A stretch of 64,000 nt of DNA from Nymphaea colorata. Taxonomy: Eukaryota. Below are positions 27,819 to 39,566 of the stretch, one piece after another; the stretch's first letter is position 1, and each line of letters begins with the position of its first letter. Made by a program: the position numbers and the translations under genes. The stretch covers positions 25,854,001-25,918,000 of the forward strand of contig NC_045138.2 in NCBI RefSeq assembly GCF_008831285.2, given 5' to 3'. Below the pieces are notes generated by a model that saw only the letters and a list, made by a program, of their open reading frames with translations, did no database searches and was not told the origin of the DNA.

Positions 27819-30800
27819 ATGAGCAGTTCTCTCCTGTTTCATCTGCAACCCACCGGCTACCAGACATTGAAGAAGGTGAGCTTGTCACGGCACACGTTAT
27901 TGCTCCTGTAAACGTCCTGACAGATCCCTTGTGTTACCATTTTCTTGCAAGTCATAGTATAGTTATTCCTTTGTTGGCGTCTGTTTTTGAAGGATGGCTT
28001 TGCTTCTGGAGCCAAACCAACTGATCGATTATTGAGGGCATCGGAGCAGAAGACGAAGCAGAAGAAGAAGAAGCAGGAATGGACGAGGGCGGCTACCGGA
28101 GTTTATATGGAGGCCGAGACTGGGCTCCCTCCTTTCATGCTCTTTGAGAAACCTCGTGTTGAGCAACCGATGCCAGGAGGAGTACGTATAAAAGAATCTG
28201 CCCAATTATGTTTTTACTATTTCCAAGTTTCGGCTGATCCCAAAGCCAAACTACTTCACTACCCACATTTGCAAACTTCTTGTTTTCCTTGTTATTTGTA
28301 CGACCTCGAAAAATTCATGTGTCGGTAAGTCGCTTTGATTCGAAATCCTGGCAACCAATTTTTGTAAACTTCTTATTCTCTATCGACGATAACAAAGATT
28401 TCGAGTAATAGAAGAGCAAGGGAGACATCTGAGGGCCTGGTTAGAATAGTTAATCGTGGAACGGTCAATTATCATGTCACATTACATTATCTTTTATTAG
28501 GGTTATCGTAGTATTGATCAGCACAAGAAGCCTTTGAAATTGTGTGAAATTGTTCACATCATCTCTTTATGTACGAGAGACGCCTTACTCCAGCTTATTG
28601 AAGAGTAATGTTTATCTCGAGATTCTGTGGACTTCCCGTGTCCCACTTGCAGAATTTTCTTTAGTTACTAATGTCATACTGATTTGTCTGGGGAGTGTTT
28701 GGAGTGGAAGGATCCATGCTGAAACGTGAACATAAGATTAGTTTTTCTTGATTCATATCACGAAGTCCGTTCCTAAAAAATGGGAATAAAGTATCTGTTG
28801 GTGACCTGGTGGAATCTGTTTCATGCGTGAGGAAATGGCTTGTGTCTTGTCTCAGAACGTACCAATGCAGTTGCTAACAAAATCCATTTGCATGATATTT
28901 GAAACATGTTAAATGCAAGGAGCTTGTCCACTTTCCTTATAGCGTGTGCGCCAAACTCCTTGCCCATCCCTCTGTTCATGTTGACGACAAAAGATGCTGC
29001 TTGCTTTTATTTCAGTCTTGCTTTATTTAATTTCTGAATCCCAACATCCTTCCTTTGACCTGAGGTGGCAGGAAGTTGTCGAACTTTCTTCTTCATAAAA
29101 AACCTCTTGTGAAGAAACCCATTTTTCACAAGTAATTATGTGATAACACTGATAAAGCGTCCTAGGCCAGCTAGGTCTATGGGAAAGCTTCACCGAACTC
29201 ATTTTCTAACTACTGAACTGCTACTTCATTTGTTAGGCGAGCTATAATATGTTGTTTAAACCAAAATGGCATCCTTGGGAACTATATACATCGGAGAGTC
29301 TCTCTTAGCAGCAAAAGACAATGAATCTACTATATCTTCCTTGAACTTATTTAGTACGTAACTGCAATAGGAAGGTTTCTCATACCAGAAAAGCATGACC
29401 GTGCCATATGTTTTAAAGTACTAAGGAAGTACCTATATAAACTCATCGTGCGTATGCTGTACCCAAATTATTTTGGTTGAACAAGCTGGAAATGTTGTTA
29501 TTGAAATCATCAGCTTCAGGGTGGAGTGGCAAAGTTCAGCATTGCCGTTCAGTTGTCCATACTTTATGCTAAATGACTATGGGTGAAGAAGCTTATTTTA
29601 TTATTTTTTTGTCCAGTTTGAAGTTTGTTGTCTGTAGTCAAATTGTTTTCTCTTTCTTTGGTTCAATTTATTAACATCTGTCATGGGTTGGCAGTTGGAA
29701 CCTGCTGATCCTGATTTTTACAAAATTGGCTATGTTCGTCATGTTCGTGCTTATGGAATAGAATTCATGGAAGGGCCTGATGGTTTCGGGGTTTATTCTT
29801 CTAGAGATGTGGAACCACTACGAAGAGCCCGGGTGAGAAGCTAATTCTGCGTTGTTCATGACCAACTGATTTTGTACATGCTTTGATCATTTATTTATTT
29901 GTGCTAGTCTACATGTTCTATATGTTGAATTATTATGGATTAGTTGATCTTAAGCATCAGTCATTGGCAAAACTATTGCTGTTTGTTTGTCTTGCATCCA
30001 ACATTTTTCTGGCATTAAAATTCATGTTTTTGTTTGTCTGCAACTTCTCTTGCTTCTTATTCTCTTAAAATTGTCTAAACCTCCCTCTGTGATGTAGACC
30101 TTCTTTCAATGCTATTCATGACAAAGTCCATGAAATGCTAAACTTAGCATCGTATTATAAATGATAAGAGTCCATGATGTATCAAATTTGTCACAACCTT
30201 ATCATATATCCATACTTTGAGTTGTAACTTATTCTTTTTCTGTGCCCATATGAGATCATTTAGGAATTTCTTAAAGGTTGTCCTTACATCAGTCTACATA
30301 GTTATCATCAACATTTGGCCCTTCTGTTTATTGATATGATTCATTGATGTCCCATTTCTCCAGTTACTTTTATCTAGTCCATATTAAATATCTATCTACA
30401 CTTGTTTCTGAATATGCAAAAAGGATTGTGATGTATGAAATGCAATATGCATTTTATTTTATTTCAAGGGTTTAAGTTTTTAAGGAGAAAGCCCAAAGGA
30501 TATTTGCACTAATAAAAAGGAAGTGAACAGTATATTTTATATTCTTCTTGAAGGATGAACATATGTCTACTACCTACAACCAAGAAGACCAAACCTTCTC
30601 TAATATCATGTTTTGCAATTTATGAAATTTAATCTCATGTATAAAATTGCGAGGAATCTTGGGGGACTTGTTGGGAGGCCGGCTATGTGATTAAATGTCC
30701 TGTTTCTTAATCTTTTTAGGGTTGGAACTGAAGCTGTTGGAGGGCAGATAGGGATCCATCAAACGAGGAGCCCAAGCCTGGGGTGAGAGTGGGTCGGTTT

Positions 30801-33800
30801 ATTCCAATTGGCACTAGAGCCAGTTCAATACTCGAACCTAGTGTCTCGCATGTACAAGTGCAAACGCGTATACCTTGAGGGGGCTAGATGTGTGAAGTTT
30901 AGTCCCATACTTAAAGATTGTGAGGAATCTTGTGGGACTTATAAGGGGGCTGGCTAAGTGTTTAAGTCTCTTGGTTTCTAGCCTTTTTAAGGCTGAAACT
31001 GAAGTTGCTAAGAGGCAGGTTGGTATTCGCCAAATTAGGAGCCCGAGCACTTGGGATATACCACAAGAATCGATGTTGTTGTTGATATTGTTTGTTATTT
31101 TCATGTGTCCCTACTATTGTTTTTCCTATTTATTAACTTCTATTCTTTTCTCTTACTAAATTTTTCTCGACATTTTATATTTTCTTATGGATAAATTTTT
31201 TGTAGTAATGTTGATTTATTGATTTTCATTTCTTGCAGATTATTATGGAAATTCCACTGGAATTGATGCTAACCATTAGTAAAAAACTCCCCTGGATGTT
31301 TTTTCCTGATATTGTGCCGCTAGGTCATCCCATTTTTGATATTATCAACTCGACCAATGAAGAGGTATATGCCCTTACTGTTGGTAAATGAATGGAATGT
31401 TCAGAGTTTGCTATCAAATTTCTTTCTATCAGTGCGTAAATGCTTTATGAGTTCAGTCCCATGAAAAGTTCATAGTGTTAAATGTAAAGAAAGTTCAAAT
31501 ATTTATTTCTACTTGATGTTTGGCATTGCAATTGTTTGTAATTTCAGCTTGTTGCTGCATTTGACTGACTGATCTAATCATGTTCACAGCACAGTATCAC
31601 ACATTGTCTTGCTATCTTGCAGTTAATCTGGCTTCCACTATTCTTTTTGCAATGCCAGGAATTTGAAGATTGCTGATAAGTTTCTGGTGCAGGCAGACTG
31701 GGACCTGAGGTTGGCGTGTCTTCTGCTGTTTTCATTTGATTGTGAAGGGAACTTTTGGCAGCTGTATGGTGATTTTTTGCCTAGTGTAGATGAAAGTACA
31801 AGTTTGCTTCTGGCAACAGAGGTGTGTGCTATCCAGACTTAGGTCTTTTTTATTCTTACAATATGTTCCATCCTTCTTAGCTGTATGTTAACGTTGTACA
31901 TAAATTTGTGAGGATATGCGAATGTTACCTGCTCTCAGTGGTAACTAAAGACAGTTACATATATATTGCTGTCATTAATAGAGTTGATTCTGTGGCCGAT
32001 CAACGTATATTCCATTTACTATATTTTTATCTGCCCTTATAGATTAGTCCTTGCTCCTAAGATAAATACTAGTCATGGTCTGATTCTTGTTCACTTGTTC
32101 TTTCTGTCAGGAGGAGCTTTCAGAGCTACAAGATCAGAAGCTTGCTGTAGCTATTCGTGAGAAACAACGCCAAGCTGTGGAATTTTGGGAAAAGCATTGG
32201 GTTTGTTGCTTATGATACTCTTTTTGCAATCAATGATGCACTTGCATGTTGACTTGAGTAACTTGATATCAGTTCCCTGATCTGTCATCCAGAGTCTGGA
32301 TATAGAATAGTTTGACTTTTTATCCCCTACCATGGCGGATGAGTTCCCCTCAACTGCTGTGCTACAGGCACTTTATTCTGCAAAGCGGACAGCTGGTGAT
32401 TCAGTTTCTTTCTGCTAAAGGACATCGATTCTCCCTCATAGCAACCCATGACCAAATTTACAGGGCTGTATCCAATCCAAGTAGAATCTAAACCTTTTAG
32501 GTTCCTAGCATAACTTAAGAGCCATTCTCACTATACAATTGCTTTATTTGCTGTCACAAGGACGTCTTGATTCATGCATTGTGTCTGTGTCCCTTATGTA
32601 CAAGTCACTTTATAAACTTCAGAAGAACTTTCTGAATCCATCTACGCGGTGCCACCTTTGTCTGTCTGATGATGATTAACAAGTTGCAAGCATTTCTTAT
32701 TGTTTATTAAAAATTCTCAGTATGATTAATGGAAGGCATTTTTATTTCATGTGAAACAGCATCCTGGCGCTCCTTTGAAGATAAAACGTCTTGCTCGTGA
32801 TCCTGAAAGGTTCCTTTGGGCAGTGGGCATTGCTCAGTCCCGTTGCACTAATTTACAACTTAGGATTGGTGCATTAATCCAAGATACAAATATGCTAGTT
32901 CCTTATGCTGGTAATGTTGATTACCATTGCCCGATTTAGCTTAGAATTTTGTTATGGTTGTTTAATATGAGTAGGGTAGCAAGATATATTGCTTAATCTG
33001 ATTATAAATTTCTTGGAAGGAATGAGTCCTTTTTCAAATTAGACAACCTGGTAGCAAACTTCAAAGTTAAATTTGTAACTTAGCATCTGTGGAAGGTGCT
33101 TCGCATGCATTTAAACTTGGATCCTAATAATCCTTATAAATCTGTTTCTCTTATTGGAAGTCCTTATATCACAATGTTGTTTTTTTAAAGAGTTGTACTT
33201 CTTTTGGCCTTTAACTAGCTCTCTTTTCTACTGTATAGATATGCTAAATCATTCCTTTCGACCCAACTGTTTCCTGCATTGGCGTTTCAAGGATCGCATG
33301 CTGGAGGTGTTGATAAATGCTGGTCAGAGAATCCGAAAAGGGGATGAGGTGAAACTTTCAATTATCCTAAGAACCATACTGACAGATATTCCCTTGGCAA
33401 CCCTTTTTATCTGACTGTTCTCATTGTATTTACCTGTACAAGTTAGGTTATTTAGTAAAACCTTCATAAATTCAAAAGTTCTTGTTGAAACTAATCACAA
33501 ACTTCAGGTTTCTGTTGTAAAAAGTAAAATCCTGTCTCAGAACTTCATTATGTGTTCATTTATTTCTGAAAGAACTCACCCTGTTTCTGAAAAATTACTG
33601 CAGATGACAATCAATTATATGGCAGGACAGAATCATATGTTGATGGAGAGATATGGATTTTCATTGCCAACAGTAAGTATTTTGTGCAAAGATGATGCTA
33701 TGAATAACAGCTGTAGACCAGTCACCCTTTTTCTGCTGTTTCTTTGGTAACAAGTTAGACTGTTTGATACGCCATAAGATATATATGCTTTATTACATAA

Positions 33801-35161
33801 TGTCTTTACTTTGTTTTCATTTCACTGCCAGTCCAGTCAATATGATTTATACCTCTTCCCATGACAAAAGCTTGAGCTACTTAGACCATGCTTTTGGATT
33901 TTGCCTGATGTGCTTGATTTCTAGCTTTATTAATTTCTGGCATTTCTTAAGATTATAGTCCGCACATTGTAAATTTCTCCATAATTGTATTTTTTTTTAT
34001 CTGTGTATAGTGGTACGTCTGTGCATCTTAGAACTGCAAAATGTGACTCCAAATTCAATTTAGCGAGCTTTCCATCTGAGTTATTCCTATTTAATTAAGA
34101 TTTAGCAACCTCTTGGGTATATCTGTACATCTCCATGACCTGGGATTATTGTACTTGTCAAGCAGTGTAACTACTCAAATGTTTTATCTGTAGGTGCTTG
34201 GTTTTTTTCTTCTTCCATGTTGATGATTTCCTTTTTTGCTTCTCTAACTGTTTATTTGTGTATTTTGCTGATTGGCACACCAGAATCCTTGGGACGAGAT
34301 ACCTTTCTCTGGACATTCAAAGATTCACTTGGATTCATTTTTATCAGCTTTTAACATATCAGGCCTTCCAAGTGACTACTATTACAACAGTAAGTGTGGT
34401 CTTTTTTTCTTGTTGACACCTCTCTATATCCTGTCTATTAAATACGCAGCTCAAGAAATTGGTTTTTACAGGTAGGCTTTCTGAAGGAGAAGATACGTTT
34501 GTTGATGGTGCTATCTTGGCAGCTGCACGTACTTTACCCACATGGTCAGATGGGGATATGCCTCCAATTCCGAGTTTAGAAAGGAAAGCAGTATTGGAGT
34601 TGCAGGAAGAATGCCAACAGTTTTTAGCAGAGTTCCCTACAACAGCCGAACATGATCAGCAAATCCTGGGTATGAGTTTTGAAAAATGAGAATGGCCTCT
34701 TTATTTTTTGTAAATAGGGGTGTTGATTGAATCCAAGTTTGAACGCTTGATGGTATCCGAACTTGAGCATCTTTGACCTTTGATCTCAAGGTGGCTTCCC
34801 TTTGTGGAACTCCACGCACTTACCTGAGATCTGAGTCTTTCAGATGCACATGTAGGGCCTAAAATTGCTAAATTTAGGTCAATTGAGATTGATTTCTGTG
34901 ATAGAAATATTTTAAGTTCTAATCCTTGGTCAACTGAAAATGTTCAGATTCTAATCCTCAGTGTAGCAGAACACTGGAAGCTGCAATCAGGTATGTTCAC
35001 TGCTGCAGATGATCTGCTGGTATTTGGACGAAAACTAAACACATCATTCTGGTCCTGTTTCTTATACCTTGTCTCCTTGCAGATACAGAATGCACCGTAA
35101 GATGTTCATTCAGAAGATTAACAGTGCCTTGGAACTTTACCTAGACAGGATACTCTTCTGA
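27819..35161 (+). CDS. PTAC14: PLASTID TRANSCRIPTIONALLY ACTIVE 14 (SET-domain PEP-associated protein, PAP7)
   Basis: Thirteen exons: 27819-27875, 27993-28181, 29695-29832, 31239-31364, 31693-31821, 32111-32200, 32760-32910, 33239-33348, 33604-33672, 34284-34389, 34472-34669, 34948-34990, 35083-35161. Motifs EPADPDFYKIGYVRHVRAYG, PWMFFPDIVPLGHPIFDIIN, PYADMLNHSF (SET), DTFVDGAILAAARTLPTWSD and YRMHRKMFI. Exons 1-2 (transit peptide) are less certain. Confidence 0.95.
30645..31055. repeat. Two diverged ~140-bp direct copies in pTAC14 intron 3
   Basis: ATTGCGAGGAATCTTGGGGGACTT...GGAACTGAAGCTGTTGGAGGGCAG...GAGGAGCCCAAGC (about 30646-30778) versus ATTGTGAGGAATCTTGTGGGACTT...GAAACTGAAGTTGCTAAGAGGCAG...TAGGAGCCCGAGC (about 30917-31050). 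Confidence 0.75.
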
Positions 35162-37337
35162 TCAACTACTGAGCTTCTATAAAATTGGCGTAGTTTATCA
35201 CCTTGTATTTATGTACAAGCAACAATTTTTTGTGTGTTGCTTGTGTATGTGGGAGGCTGTGGAAATTTTGAAAGCACTGCATGCCTTATGATTCTATTTG
35301 TGTTTTGATTGTACCCTTCCCGTCCAAGAGGAGGCTAGAGTTCAGAACTTAGAAGCTGATAACACGTCAAAAGCGCATGTTATGCTCACCGATGTAAGTC
35401 GTCCGTGTATGATTTTTCTTGGATATTCTTTCTTTTTTCATGGATGTTTAAGGCATACAGCATTTTGACTGTCGGTGCTAAATGAAAGTGCCAAATACTA
35501 ATGACATTAAAAAAATCCTTTTCCATTCCTTTTTTGATTTCCTTTCTCTTAAAATGGGAAGTTGGGATTTGGCACTCCTACTAGATTATAATCATGCCCA
35601 GGAGATGCTTCTGCAGTGTCGAGCGCTTGACCGCTTTCAACTTGAAAGTTAATTGAAAGATTTTAAATATCAAACGATTACACGGATAAGTAAAAAAGGA
35701 TAAAGATAAAAAGTTCTGGTAGGAATTAGCAAATTGTATCTTAATTAGCACACAAGCACTGGATGAATGCATATCTTGGTACAAATTCAAGATAAACGGC
35801 TCGGCCTGTTCTTGGCCTAATGGAAGCCAAGTTTGGTGTGGTTGGAGAAATTTCTAACATTCATTGCACTTTGAAGCTGTGACAAAAAGTTGACCGTCAC
35901 TTTCTTAATTTCCATTTGCCATGTTCTAATTATAAATAACTATTTCCTATGAAGTAACTTAAGGAATTATCGGATCCGATTATATAAGCCATTGGACTGG
36001 TTTTTTTTTTTTTTTGCAGCATTTAAGAAAGCAAATCGCTACGCGCCTGTCTATTTCAGCAACAATGTTGCCATTTATGCTGATTTTGGACAGAGTTTAA
36101 ACTGGATCTGCTCTCTGCCAAAGAAGGGACATGTTACTCTTCGGAATCGAAAAAAAAAAAGGGATAAGTACCATTTCTTGTATGAAAATCTTAGTCAAAA
36201 TTTTTAAACTTTAATTCGATCACTCTCATAAAAAATTTCTAACTCGTCCTCAAGTCTATCGTACAGCTCAAAGACTCATATCCATTTAATAAGTCACGCA
36301 CTATTGCGTCTAAATGGTTCGGGTAGTATTAATCTACAATACATACATAAGTCTAAAACTGAATTTGATATGATTCAATGCCTAAAAGATGACGAATCCC
36401 AAGATCAAATTTTAACGTTTAAATCCCAGGAACCGCCCGCGAACCGCCAAGGTCGATGCACGGAACGAAATTCAAAGCATTCGAAAAAGCCGCCACGAAG
36501 TTTGCATGTTTGAACGCAGAGGGGAAGGAAAGAAATGAAAGTTTATGTAAAGGACTGACCTTTTGATATAATTCTAAACGCACACAAACTTCTTACATGA
36601 ACCATGCTTTGGATCTAATTCCTGTTTTTAAGGCTTCAACATACAACCTGCTTGTGTCACAATGTTACCACCTGGTTTGGTGGTGTTCAAACTCAAAAAA
36701 AAGCTAGGAACTAAGATAACTAATCATTTAACAATTTTTTTTTATAAATCCTTTAAGGTTCATTATAAATTTTTAGATACGAGACTAAACTTACACTTAG
36801 ATCTTATGCTCATATAAAAAATACGTACTCAAAGCTTGTTCCCCTATTGAGACGAGGCCCAAATGGCCCTAAAATGTGGGTCCTTTAACCATCATGTCAA
36901 CAAGGATTGCTGTTGATGCTTGTCCCTCTTAAACATGGTTTGCATTCGAAACTACAAATATGAGATTGTTTTTTGAAATTTATGACAAGAGCAAGACTCT
37001 AAATGGGCATGTTCTCGAAAAGAAAAGAGTAGGCGCCTTTGGAAATGAAATTGGAGGGAAGCCCCAGAAGCGGGAGGAGAAGACGGAAAAGAAGGGGGAG
37101 AGGGCGCCCCTTAAATTTTCCTTCTCTTCGTTTCAAAATTTCAGGACTTGCGAAGATCCCAAAACCGGTTTTTCAAAGCTGCGAAACTTCGTTTCCCGGT
37201 GTTTTTCACCTTTCCCGCCACCGCCATTTCCTCTACTTCCCTCCGCCTTCGCCCCTTTCCCTGTGCATCTTCTCATTCTCTTCTGCTTACTTGCTAGAGC
37301 CACAGAGAGAGGGAGAGCGAGAGAGAGAGAGAGAGAG

Positions 37338-39221
37338 ATGGACGAGAGGGAGGCTCATCACTCCAAGGGAGACTACAGATCGCCGTCGAAGCGGTTCCAC
37401 GGCCTTCATCCTCTCAAGCGGTTCAAGCTTCTGCAGCAAGAAGAGGAAGAAGGAGAACATGGCAGGAAGCGGGACGCTAATCCCAGCATCACCACCACTA
37501 CAACCTTCTGCCTTCCAGCCAAAAAGAGAATCTGGGCTCTTTATCAACCCCCCCAATTCGAATCTCCCTCCCCTTCTCCCCCGAAACGCCAGCGCCGCCC
37601 TTCTCAATCACCCATATCCAAGAACGCTCTCTTTCAGAGGCGCCCCACTTTCGATTCCGCCCCACAAAGAGAAGTAAAGAAGGAAAAAGGAGTAGTTCGT
37701 GAAGATGGCAGCGCCGACAGCAACGAGGAGCTGGAGGAGGAAGACGACGGCATAGTTTGCGACGTCTGCAAGAGTACCGACGGCGATCCCTCTGATCCCA
37801 TCGTCCTCTGCGATGGCTGCGACGTCATGGTTCACGCCTCCTGCTACGGCGATCCCCTCGTCCGTGCTATCCCCGAAGGCGACTGGTTCTGCGCCAAATG
37901 CCAATCGCGCAACAGTTGCTCCAAGGAGCCGCCATCTTGCTGCCTCTGCCCGGCCGATCACGGCGCTCTCAAGCCCACCACCGACGGCAGGTGGGCTCAC
38001 ATTCTGTGCGCGCTTCTTGTTCCCGAAGTGTTCTTTAGGGACTCTGCGGGTAGGGAAGGCATCGACTGCTCCAACGTCCCGCGAAGGAGATGGGAAGGTC
38101 ATTGCTATGTCTGCGACACTAACAAGGGCTCGGTCATCGAGTGCTCGGAGCCAAGATGCTCATCTGCCTTCCATGCTTCCTGTGGTTTGGAGAATGATCT
38201 GCACCTCGAGTACAAAGAAGAAAGAGCTGGTGGTCTCATCGTCGGCTTCTGCAAACTTCACACTCACCTCTGGAAGAAGGTAAATGAAGCCCTTTCCTTT
38301 GACATCTTTTCGATTTTCCGTTTGCCATTCGAGTTCGCTTCTTGTTTTAGCATGGTTGCCTACGGAGTTTGGTTTTTAAAGTCGATTCCCTGATTTAGAA
38401 GTTCTTTGAGATGGTAATTCATTTTCAGTCATGGTATACCAAGCAGATGAAGCAAGTCTCGTATGTTAGATTGCTCCATACCTTATCGGAAGTGTCAAAC
38501 CTCTGAGGCCAACTTCTCTATAGCTTTGTCCGCTCATTTTCTAAGCTTTCAATCGCATGGTTTACCTTACATCACCCATATATGTGATGTTTTCGATCAT
38601 GCCAAGGGTTTCTCGCACTGTCTGGGAAGCTCGTGTGGTATGCCATTTTTTAGTATCCCTTATCTTCAAGATTAACAATATAAGCCAACAAACTATGATA
38701 GCTTCTAGTACATCTTCTTAGCGCCTCAGATAGTTTCGCGTTTTGCCGCATTCAGATATTTTCTTTGAATCCTCCTACCAGATAACAGATTTCTCATTAT
38801 ATTAAATTTTGCATATTGACGTCCAGATCACGTTTGGAAGTTCAGTTCCATTTCAAAATTGAACCTTTTGTTGCACGATATGACTGAAAACTGATGAATA
38901 TGGTAATAATATACGGAAATTTGGTTTATTTTTCTTGATAACCTTGAAATGATCCTGCTAACTTCTCCGCCAAAATGAACTATATAGATCACCTCTGTGC
39001 ACTGTAAAGAGATTATGAAAGATGGAAGTCATTGCTGTAACTGCTGATGTGTCTGGGCGATGGTGTTGTTTGCAATTTGGCTTATATCTACTTTCCCTGA
39101 ATTGTTGTTCTTGTTACGCTCGGTTCTAAACTGTCACCTTCTATTGCTGCAGCAACAACTGACTGGCAAGTTCAAGATAGTGCCCAGAGTCCAAGCAAAA
39201 GCCAAAGGCAGGCAACGGTAG
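37338..39221 (+). CDS. PHD finger / extended PHD (PZP, Jade/BRPF-like) chromatin reader
   Basis: Exon 1 is 37338-38279 and exon 2 is 39153-39221 (QQLTGKFKIVPRVQAKAKGRQR*). C4HC3 PHD CDVC...IVLCDGCDVMVHASCYG...WFCAKC is followed by CCLCP...GALKPT..GRWAHILCAL...CYVC...C...C...FHASC...FCKLH (ePHD). An acidic patch precedes the PHD. Confidence 0.9.
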
Positions 39222-39566
39222 GCGCGACGGGGTCTCTTTGCACATTCATGTTGCAAACGGCTTTGCCACGCTTTTAAGCATTTATTTGCTTTTCAAGGCA
39301 GAAAGTGACACTTTCATGTTCCCAGATGATTGAACTCACTGTAACGATGCATATAACTTCCAAGAGTCGGGTTCTCGTCTTTTGTTTTCAAAATTGGCAT
39401 AGGCGGCCATGTTTTATCTATCGAAAGATCATAACATTTATTTGCTTATATGGTGACAGCATATCATTACACAATTCGGAAGGTCCGAATTAGGGTACAG
39501 AACATATTACTACACGTAGTATCCACAAAGTGAAGCCAATCTCCTAGAGATCTTTGAGCAGCATAT

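Noticed and set aside
36960..37337. 126-aa in-frame N-terminal extension of the PHD ORF
   Set aside because: It runs through promoter- and UTR-like sequence and a GA microsatellite (ERERER). ATG 37338 is the more plausible start.
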